DNA from: Piromyces finnis finn
Lineage: Eukaryota; Fungi; Neocallimastigomycota
Reading direction: 5' to 3'
Length of the DNA stretch: 64,000 bases
Assembly (NCBI GenBank): GCA_002104945.1
Contig: MCFH01000044.1
Coordinates: forward strand, 62,001 to 126,000
In this document: positions 40,801-51,400 of the stretch, in pieces
Layout: each line of letters opens with the position of its first letter
How positions within the stretch are numbered: position 1 is the first letter of the stretch
Notes under the pieces: generated by a model
Told to the model about the DNA's origin: nothing
The model's database searches: none
The model's input: only the letters and a program-made list of their open reading frames with translations
Position numbers and translations under genes: made by a program

Positions 40801-42855
40801 GTAAGATCATTATTTGAAACTTTTTCAATATTATTCTCGTTATCTAAATTCTCGATTGATTTATCCTTATTATCATTATTATTATCATCATTATCATTAT
40901 CATTATCATTATTTGTAATAGCAGTAGTAATGGTAGTGGTAATAGTAGCATTATTGTCATTATTATTATTACTGCTATCATTTAATTTTAATTTAGTATC
41001 TTTTTTACGAGATTTCGTAATAGAACTTTTTCGTTTTTTCTTTGGTGGATCAGGCCTATAAATAGTATTAAATATATCTTGAGATTTAGTGTAACTATAT
41101 ATTAAGCTGGTCATTCTTCGTTTGCATGAATAACGCTTTTTAGTTTTATCATAGAAATTAGAGATGAATTCAAAATATCTTGAATTTGTTCTTATTTCTG
41201 CTGTATTTCTTTTTGGTTGATGTCTTATTCCTAATTCATCTATAATAGTATTGCTTTCATTTTCATCATTACTTTCTTCATTATTACTTTCATTGCTACT
41301 ATCAATAACAATAACATTCTTTTCAGATGTATCATCATCACTAGTATGTCCACTATTATTCTTTACTTCAGATGAATAATAACTGTTATTATTATTAAAT
41401 TTAGTATTGTAATTATTATCAAAAGATATTTCTTCTTCATCATGATGGTAATAGTCATTTAAAATTCTACGTTTTTCTCTTGGTTGTGATATTATATCAC
41501 TTTCATTTTTTTTATTAGCATCCTCATCATCGCTTATTATTCTCTTTTTATATTTCCTATGTGGTTCGTTTTTATTCTCGTCATCATTACTTTCTTCTTC
41601 TTCACTCCCAATATTATCCTTATAATCTTTATAATTCATGGATAATTTTAAATCATCGCTTTTTTCATAATTAAATTGTTTGTTTTTATTATTTATCGCT
41701 TCTTTATCATATTTCATGAAAACTTGACCATTATCTTTATCCAATGAGAATTTGGATAACTTCTCTTGTTTTGAATCCCCATTATTAATTAAAAGGACTT
41801 CATTTGACGATGACAGTGACGGTGAATAGAAATCGGGAGAATTGGTCAAATCAACTTTTTTTGATACAATATCAATTGAAAAATTGGTTTTACTCGGATT
41901 AATGTCTTTCTGTTCTGCTTCGCGCTCCTTTATCACTTTTTCTCTTTCTTTCTGAATTTGAATATATTTTTCGTAATTAAATGAACTATTTCTTTTAAGC
42001 ATTAATTCAAATATTTCTGAATATGTTATTTTTGGTAATTCTCTTTCTGTAAATTCACATAATAATTTAAATCGTTCTTCCGATGTTACTACATGCGTTT
42101 CAAATATTATATAAATTATATATATATATGTAAAGATAAAATTAAAAATGTAAAATATATTATTAAAAAATTTAAAGGTTAGAATAATTAATGAAAAAAT
42201 AGTTTTATAGTTTTGTTTTATTGCGCCACTAATATTTTAAAAGAAAAATAAAAAAAAAAAAAATTAATTCACTTACAATATTCAGACTTTCCTATTTCCG
42301 GTTCTGGTAATGGGTCACCTAAATGACAATATTCCATTATTTCTTTTCTTTTTGCTGCCCAAAAAATAAAAACTCTTAGATTTTTATAATTATTCCAATT
42401 ATCTTTTAAACTTTTACGAGCTAGCAAATATTTATAACTAGATTTAATAGATGAATCCAAAAAGATTTCAGGACAATGTTGTATGGTATATCCATTAGGA
42501 AATTTATTTCCAACCTTCATATTGTAATTTTTATATACACCTAAAATATAAAGAATTGCAGAAAATCCTTTTTGATATGTATGAATATGATTTCTATAAT
42601 ATTTTAATTTATTTTATTGATAAAGAAAAAATAAAAATAAATAATAAATAAAAAGAAATTTATGAAATGTTAATTTTTTTTTTTTTTTTTTTTTGAATTT
42701 CTATTAATTCTAATTTTAAATAAATGAATAAAATAATATAAATACCTTGTCGGCATTATCTTTTTCCATTCTTCTATAATTTCACTTGTCCAGTACTTAT
42801 TATAAATTAAATTTTCGAAATTTGAATTCATTTGACAAATTTTCTGAGAACTCAT
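37857..42855 (-). CDS. Large K/E/S/T-rich protein (~1,560 aa) with a small N-terminal globular domain and ~30 tandem 15-aa repeats; probably nuclear
   Basis: ATG at 42855; two GT-AG introns (donors at 42745 and ~42276) join in frame to ORF 37857-42002 (...MPTR|NHIHTYQKGFSAILYILG...GKSEY|LTSEERFKLLCEF...). Several basic clusters (PPKKKRK, KKRRKR, KNRRRK). Confidence 0.78.
39198..40547 (-). repeat. Coding 45-bp minisatellite, ~30 units (consensus peptide EKPKASTLEVPSNDT)
   Basis: A 45-bp period is visible (e.g. gaagct at 39361 and 39406); degenerate units flank both ends. Confidence 0.95.
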
Positions 42856-43050
42856 TTTGAAATTTTTTCATTAAAAAAATTAATAAAATTTATGGGAGGA
42901 AACTAAATACAATGAAGGAAATAAATAAGTAAATAAAAAAATAAAGAAAAATAAAGAAATTATAAAATTAATTTTTAATTATTTTTTGTATTTTTGTATT
43001 TTTGTTTTTATTTTGTCTTGATTTGTTTCGTTTCTTTTTTGTTTTGTTTT

Positions 43051-43083
<33 letters not shown>

Positions 43084-43624
43084 TTGTTGTTTTTTGAGAC
43101 TACATTTGATTTTGAAATTTAAAATGTTGAGTAATTATACTAATAAACAATAAACAAAAATTTATATGTTTTTTTTTTATAAGTATTATTTAGTTTTTCT
43201 TTTCTTTTTTTCTTAAATTTTGATTTTCTTTTTTTTTACTTAATGGAATTTGCTATTGGATTTTAAACATCATTATTTTTAAATGTAATTAAAACTATAA
43301 ACTTTTATATTTATTTAATTATATTGTATATTGTATTTTACAATTAATTTAAATAAAATTTAATAAGCATATAAACACAAATTTATTAAAATAATAGAAA
43401 TAATAATTTCTATTTCTATATATTAAAATAAAAATTTATATAATATTATTAAAATTTAATAATATATATTATAATATTAAAAGTCGATTATTAAAATATA
43501 AATTTGATATAATCCAATAAATAAAAAATGAATATATTCTAATAATTTTAATTAAAAGAAAGGAAAATTACTATTATACTAGTATATAATAATAATATTT
43601 GATTTTCAATATGATATATAAACT

Positions 43625-46559
43625 TGGTGTCAAAATTGGTCAGAAGACAAAAATTACAATTTGTAGTGTCTTCATTCGGGCTTGTTTTATTATTTCTTCA
43701 GTACTAATGTTTATTGTTGCTTTTCTTTAGACCTACTTGATACCGACTATTGATTCCCAATAGTATTAATATTAAATCATCGTTTAAACCAAATTTAGTT
43801 AATCCATTTCAACAAACGGAATAAATTATCAAACTAAATTGCTATCATTAAATTTACTAAATTCCTTTTTATTATAAATTAGCCATTTATTAACCTTCTT
43901 AAGTAATTTTTTAGGTATGGATTGGTATATACTCTTTACTAACGTTATTACTAGAGATAAAATAGAACTAGTGTAAGTAATCTTGTGTACATATTTGATG
44001 TTATTTTAAAAATTTCGAACATTACCTATAAATTTTTTCATTGACTTTAAATGTTAAATAAATGAATAATGGAACAAGACAATTCTAATGATTATTACGA
44101 ATATTATAAAATCTTGAGCATTCGATTAACCAATGTTGAATATTTTATACCACTTTTTGCAACATAATCAGTAATAAGGACAAACAGGATCAGTTATTTT
44201 AGCAATTTAGTAATTTTTGTATCTAGCTTGTATCCGGTTCTTGTTATCAATAGTTAATAGTAACCATTAACATGAAATTCCGCAAGTCCTACAACATAAA
44301 AGTACAGGAAAGAAGACATTTGAGAAGGATATTAAAAAATATTATTAATTAGTCACCTTCTTTCTTCTTTCCTCCGATTTTTTTTTTTAGACTAAAAAGA
44401 GAATACTACTAATGATAAGAATTGTTTTAGTAAGAAAAGCCGCGAAATCCTCTACATATGGAATATTTCTGGATACCAGATTGTCCATCTAATTTGACAT
44501 TAGACTTAAATGTTAAATATAAATTTTTTATGAATTTTAAACTCTTACCTCTAATTCCTAAACAATCATATTTTTTGAAATCAACTTAATACCATTATTA
44601 ATAAGTGATATACCTCGGTAGTTATCACAATCTGTCAAATCTCCCTTCTTAGGATGGGAAATAATACTGGATTCATTCCATGAGCTGGAGAAGTCTCCAT
44701 CCTAAATATAGCTGAATAATTTAAGAATAAAATTTAAATCATGAGCATTATTATCAGAAATAACATTACCAGAATTATTATCTGTGGCAAAATTAGAATC
44801 ATTACTTGAAGGAATTAATATTTTGTAAAATTCAATTAGAATACCATCGGTAGATTTTAATCCTTTTAATAAATTCATCTATATCATAAATCCTTTCTTT
44901 TTTAAATCTTTCAGCTTCTTTTTAATTTTTTGGAGATTAAAAATTTGGTGTGAAATATGAAATGAAGATTTTATAATATTATTTACTGATGTAATACTGA
45001 ACTCGTCTGAAATTGAAAAAACAGTTGAAGTAAACTCTTTGGAAAGTTCATCTGTAGAAACATTAGAATCGTTGAGTCTTGCTGAAAGGATTTAAATTTA
45101 TTATTACTGAGAATAGACTTCTTTTCCTCAATACATTTTAATCTATCCATTTCAGAATTTTCTTAGGAACATTAAAGTCATTAGAAAAATCTTCCATAGG
45201 AATAATTTTACCATTAATAAGGAGTGGCTTATGATCTGATACAGGATAAAAGTCATCTATAAATGATCCTGAGCGAATAAAATCTCTCATCTTCGAATTG
45301 ACAAAAGCATGGTCAATGTCGGAAGATTGATCACCTCGAGTCCAAGAGATAAGAGAACCTTTAAGTAAAAGAACTTCCCAATCTCCTAATTCAATAGTTG
45401 ATAACCAGTTGGATAATTTTACTTTAGACATATTAAAATCACCAACAAGAATCGATGGATGAGATGATGAATGAGTTTGTAACCAAAAGCGAACTTCTAA
45501 TTTTGCATGATCAACATAGATGTTGTGATGCCTATAAGGAATATATAAACATTTCCAATCGAGCATTTGAATCTATTCCAAAGACTAAAAATATAAATAG
45601 AAATTATATACTTTCCAGAGAAGCTTTCAAATGAGGCTTGACACGAATTGTGAAAACATAAATATAAACCTCTCATTCCAGGAACTGTTTCATCAGCTTT
45701 CTTGAAAAAAGTGTCTATAGTTTCGTAAAGTAACACAACAAGGATACTCTGTATTCGATCCAGAACCATTACCAGTTTCTTGAAAATATAAAAATAATGG
45801 TTTGAAAATAGCTGTGAAACAGCTAATACTATCTCTCTTTTCATGATTCCACCCATTAGTGTTCCAACTATGACAAAAAGAAAAGTTATCAGGCTTGTTG
45901 GATGAGGAAGAATCGTTGCTATTATTATTAAAGTTGTCATTAATAATAGATGATGTGCCAGAAGAATTAGTTGAACTATTATTAGATGGCTGTGAAACTG
46001 AAGAACAATCAACTATTAAACTGTTATCAGAGTTGATAGAGCTATTAGAATTAACTGTTGTATGTTGAGGTTGAAATTGTGTTTGTTGTATATCTAGAAT
46101 ATTTTCATGCTGGAAATCTTGTTGAAGATCTTGTTGAAGTTCGGATTGCTGATGAGATTGTTGAACTGACCGTTGAATTGATTGTTAATGTTTATTAGAA
46201 ACCAAAATTTTACGTTTGAGTGTGGAAAAAGTGTATTTGTGATTCCTTCTACTAAGAGCTGAAAAGGAAATTGAAGTAATGGAAAGTTTCTTCTTTAAGA
46301 TGTGTAAGCTTTTAATACAATCTTTCATTGAACCATGAACCTTGACTAAAAAAAAGTGATCATTGAAAGTCTGAAAAGATTTAACATTAATAACTGAATT
46401 AAATTTATCCTTAAGAATAATCTCGAGTTTTTCCCATAGCGTACTAACTGATCATGATCAAATACCACGGATAAAGGAGATAATATTATCTAAGAGGATA
46501 CCATAAGACCGGGTACCACGTCTGATATAATTCTTATCTTTAATATAAAGGACTGCCAT
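43625..46559 (-). mobile_element. Decayed non-LTR (LINE) retrotransposon with APE endonuclease, internally deleted RT and C-terminal zinc-knuckle remnant
   Basis: Minus-strand fragments: SWNTNGWNHEKR...FQETG and ILVGDFNM...WTRGDQSSDIDHAFVN...SDHKPL (APE endonuclease); HPKKGDLTDCDNYRGISLIN and LGIRGKSLKFIKNLY...ICRG (RT remnants); ITDPVCPYY*LCCK...QHWLIEC (knuckle). Many stops and frameshifts. Boundaries are approximate. Confidence 0.85.
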
Positions 46560-47399
46560 GATAATTAATTCTAATTAAAAATATTGAATATGAAATAAAT
46601 ACTAATAAAAATTTTAAATATAATATATATGGGAAAAAATCCGTATCTCTCTTTTTAAAGTACTGGATAGTACGAAAAACTGTTCAATGCTTTAATTAAA
46701 GTTTTGAAATTCAAATTTTAAATTTTCTTTGTAAATTCTAGTTTTAGTTTGTTGTTTGTTGTTAGTAAATTCGATTCGCTTTTTGACACTAAAATTATTT
46801 GACTTTTCTTTTCATTAAAAATAAATTGGTAAAAAATTTTGAATCAAGAATATCGACACCAGAAAAATTGTGAATAGTAAGTTGCTAAAAAACTTAGTAT
46901 TAACTTTACTGAAAACTTTAAATTGGAAATAAATTTATATTCTGTCACTTTGAATTTCTGAATTATAACTGTAATATGTAAACTTTGTTTATTTACTATA
47001 TTAATGCTGTTTGTTGGTTGACTATTGTGTTATGTAGATTCTGATTGTTGGATTTAAATAGTCATTAATATTAATTTATGATGAAGAAAGAATGATAAAA
47101 GGGTGAGAAGCTATCATACCATATTGCAAAGGGTAAAGTATATAAAGATTTAAATAAAGAACATAATAAAATTTCAAAATAAAATTGAAACAAGAGTAAT
47201 ATATATAATAAAAAAAAACTAAGATACTCGATTTTCCAGGATTTAAGCTTTATTACCAATGTGTTAAATAAAAAAGGTAGTTTAATACTTACCATGAAAT
47301 TCCACAATATACCTAAAAATTATACAAATATAAAGATATATAAAATATACAGTATAAAAGATATATAGAATAGAGAAAAAGCAAACAAAAGAAAGATCA

Positions 47400-48330
47400 A
47401 AATTTTGTCATGGAACAAAATTATGATCTCCATTGGTTGCCCTGGCCCTCCTGGCCTGTCTTACTGTTTCCTCAGCATTGACGCTCTTGGATGTTGCTTC
47501 AAACCTTTTGAACATTAACTATTGCTGGCCAATAGCAAAAGGCATGATTTTAACTAGAAGTTCCGCTGTTATCGTCAAGAATGGTGTTCCTTCGTTAATG
47601 CCAAATTGAATATGATACTTGTAAAGTTCTTTCCATTCCCTTTAATTATAATTGATATTATTAAAACTTCTTCCCCCAAGAAGTAATTTAAATATTTTAT
47701 TTCACACACTAGAATAATCATACACATTAATATTCACCGGATTATTAGAACTATTACTATTATTAACTAAATTACTATCTAAATTAGAATTATTATCTTC
47801 ACTATTGCTGTCATTACTAATATTATTATTTCTACTACTACTATTGTTATTATTACTATTGTTGCTATTACTATTGTACCTATTATTACTACTATTGTTA
47901 CTATTACTATTAATATTATTGCTATCTCTACTGTTATTAACATTTTCAATATTATTAATTGGACTGTTGGAATTACGTTGACTGAAAAAATTTAATAGCT
48001 GGACTATGGAATCATAATGTTTAATACGGATATCTCTAAATGTTGGACAATCTAATAACCAATGCTTAATACTTTGATCTCCACTCTTGCAACATGGACA
48101 GTAGTTAGGACAAACTGGATCAACTCTAGCATTCAACTTGTATCCGCTTATTGCTTTCAATAGCCAGTAGAAACAATAGCTACATGAAAATAAATATCAT
48201 TTAAATCCAATGATGAAAAAATTGGTCATCATATATGCAACACGGACAGACACGAGGGTAGTCAGTGATAACTCTATTACTAGTAACGGCAATTCCCCCG
48301 ACTTAATAATTCTCATTGTTAACATTTTGA
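47400..48330 (-). mobile_element. 3' fragments of related LINE elements (two tandem CCHC zinc-knuckle ends)
   Basis: ORF 47702-48160 reads VDPVCPNYCPCCKSGDQSIKHWLLDCPTFRDIR. A second copy just upstream (~48210-48300) reads ITDYPRVCPCCIYDDQFFHHWI*. Both resemble the knuckle remnant at ~44120-44200. Confidence 0.7.
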
Positions 48331-48470
48331 AACTTTTTTATTATTACAATTCATTCTTAAGCAAAAAATAATAACTATAAAAATATATAAAATATAATAA
48401 AAATTGATAGTATTATTATGTAAATGAGAAAAATACAACAATCTTTTTATCATCATTATTAATAAAAAAA

Positions 48471-48475
<5 letters not shown>

Positions 48476-48540
<65 letters not shown>

Positions 48541-48541
48541 T
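48476..48541. repeat. (ATTT)n tetranucleotide microsatellite, ~16 units
   Basis: Directly visible between the LINE fragments and the hydrolase pseudogene. Confidence 0.92.
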
Positions 48542-48612
48542 ATATTTACAAGTTTAAAATAAATAATTTATTTTCATTTTCATTTATATAATATTTATAC
48601 TTTTATACTTCT

Positions 48613-49585
48613 TTATTTTAAATAAGTTTGGCAGAAAGTATCAATTTTATCAAATGGAATAACCTTTAAATTATCATAAAGATCGGTATGAACAGCATCT
48701 GGAATAATTAATAATTGCTTATTATCAGTGAACTTATTGTCTTTTACCATATTACCATAGGCAGTTTTACTAAAGTAGCAAGAGTGATCCTTTTCTCCGT
48801 GAATAATAAAAACTGCATTTCTAATTTCATTACTATAATGAAGAATAGGTTGATTCATAAAGGACATACAACCAATGGTATTCCAACCATTATTGGAATT
48901 TAAAGAACGTTTATGATAACCTCTTTCAGTCTTATAATAAGAATGGTAATCTTTAACAAATTGTGGAACATCAGCTGGAAGTGGATCGACAGCACCACCT
49001 CCTAATTTATATTCACCCTTTTTAAAATCTTCTGTTCTTTGTTGATTAAGATTTTTTCTATTTTCATAATTTGTTGGTTCATTATCTCCTTGATCAAAAT
49101 AGCCATTAGCATTTACTCTTGTCATATCATACATAGTACATGATACTGTAGCCTTTACTCTAGTATCAAGACAAGCAGTATTAAGAGCTAACCATAAATA
49201 TCAAGAATACCAATACGTTCAGGATCAACATTATCTTGAAGAGATAAGAAATCAACAGCTGCTTGGAAATCTTCTGTATTAATATCAGGTGAAGCCATAT
49301 ATCTCGGTTTACCACTAGATTCAACTGTAAATGATGGATCAAAAGCAATAGTCAAATAACCTCTAGAAGCTAATTCTTGAGCATATAAACCACTACATTG
49401 TTCTTTTACAGCACCAAATGGTCCACAAACAGCAATAGCTGGTAATTTTTCTTTAACTTCATTAGGAGTATATATATCAGCAGCTAAAAACAGTATCTAG
49501 TGGTAAAGGTAACTTTTTGGTGGGTAACTTTATCACTCTTTGGGAAAGTTTTATCCCATTCTTGAACTAAAGTTAATGATTCCAT
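48613..49585 (-). pseudogene. Intronless bacterial-type alpha/beta-fold hydrolase (YcjY/COG1073-like) with two frameshifts
   Basis: ATG at 49585 gives MESLTLVQEWDKTFPKSDKVTHQKVTFTTRY. After a frameshift (~49490): LAADIYTP...AIAVCGPFGAVKEQCSGLYAQELASRGYLTIAFDPSFT.ESSGKPRY..SPDINTEDFQAAVDFL...DPERIGILDIYG*. After a second frameshift (~49191): LALNTACLDTRVKATVSCTMYD...IHGEKDHS...IPDAVHTDLYD...FDKIDTFCQTYLK*. There are no GT-AG introns at the breaks. Confidence 0.85.
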
Positions 49586-50051
49586 ATTTATTTTTTTAAA
49601 CTTTAAGTATTTTAAAATATATTATAAAATAAAATAAAGAATATTTTGTTAATTATTATAATTCATTAAAATTTTGGTTTTTAAAATTCTTTATTTAACA
49701 TAATAAATAATAAATACTATAAATTATTAATTAAAAATAATATTATTATAAAACTATATTCACCTTTTCCTTCTTTTTTATTTTATATAATAATAAAAAA
49801 ATGAAAAAAAAAAATTTTTTTTTTTTGAATTTTTCTTATTTATTATATTGTAATTAAAATGTAAATAAATTATTTAATTGAATAATGTTATGAATAATCA
49901 TCAATAAATATATATATATTAAAATATTAGTTAAACTGTAATAGGAATAATATGTTGATAAAAAAATTATCATTATATATAAATTATATCATATTTTATC
50001 ATATGTATAAATATATGAGTAGTCAAGAAAAGTAAAAACAAAAAGAACCAG

Positions 50052-50089
50052 TATAGCACTAATAAAAACTTTTTTTTATTAGTGCTATA
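50052..50089. repeat. Perfect 17-bp inverted repeat with 4-nt loop
   Basis: TATAGCACTAATAAAAA-CTTT-TTTTTATTAGTGCTATA. Confidence 0.85.
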
Positions 50090-50841
50090 AAATACATGTC
50101 AAGAAAGCATATAAAACGGACCTAAAAGAATTTTTAATTATAACTTTAGATAATACACCATTTGTTACTTATCTAAAAGATACCAAAACCAATTTCCATT
50201 ATTTGAGTTATATTAGAGCATCAATGGAATAAAATCCGATTGCAGCAAGAGTTATTAATATTATTAATAATTAATACCACATCATATTATATTCTTTATA
50301 TATCTATATATATAAAAATATGAAATGTTTATTTATACTTAGATTTTATGCAAGTCAACAATGTAATATCACATTAAATGAATGATTAAAGTATGTGTAG
50401 TGATATTCTTTTAAATTTTATGATTAAATATTTAACTATTCATTAATAAAATTTCTATAAGTTGTAATTACTTAAATTTATTTAAAAGTTATTAATTATT
50501 GTGGCATTTATTTTTTTATTTTTTTTCTAAATTATTTGATTCATACAATTATAAAATATTAATATTATTCATAATATATTAACCATTAAATTTTATAAAC
50601 ATAATAAATAAAATTTATTAAACTTTTTCAATAATAATATAATTTATAATGTTATCTTAATATTTAAAACTATTAAAATGAATTATAATAAATAGCATTT
50701 TATGCTTAACAATTTCCATTGGTTTTATTGGTTTTATACCCGTTTTATATAATAAAAAGGTAGAGTTGATTTTATATTATTTATGCCTAAATATATACAT
50801 TAATAATCATGAATGTTTAATTTAGAATAATATAACAATTA

Positions 50842-50876
<35 letters not shown>

Positions 50877-51400
50877 TAGTTATTAATGTTTTTGGATATA
50901 AAAAATGTTAAGTTACTGCTTTCATTAACGAAAAAATTAAAATTCATATTCATATAATGAGGAAAATTAACAATAGATTTATTTTTATACATTAAGACTC
51001 ATTAAGATTCATTTAATTTTCCAAACTTAAATATATAGACTATCAAAAAAAATTGATTTATTGTAGTATTGTAGTATGGATTTTTTTCCGATACAATGAT
51101 GTATTGAAAATAAATATTTAATACTTTATATAAATAAGGTTTAACACTTATGGACTTATTTAAATAGTAAAATCAATATATGATTCTGCTTCCAATATTA
51201 ATCATAATACTATTTAAATTATATAATCCTTATATTTAAATTTTGAGCGAAAAAATTAGGTTTTTAAAAAATTAGTCATCAATGTAAAATTATCAAAGTT
51301 ATATAATAAATACAATTTTTTTTTCTAATTATTTTATTTTTATTATTTCTTAAATTTTATTCTAATTGGTATTATATTTTTCTTTAATAATATATATATA

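Noticed and set aside
39109-41061. 650-aa plus-strand ORF and 341-aa alternative-frame ORF over the 45-bp repeat
   Set aside because: The repeat unit happens to lack stops in these frames. The minus-strand frame continues into a spliced gene with proper splice sites.
47288-47312. 20-nt segment flanked by TTTTAG and GTAAGT on the minus strand (micro-exon-like), and ORF 47071-47307
   Set aside because: No coherent coding partner exons were found; it lies in LINE-adjacent sequence and such signals arise by chance in AT-rich DNA.
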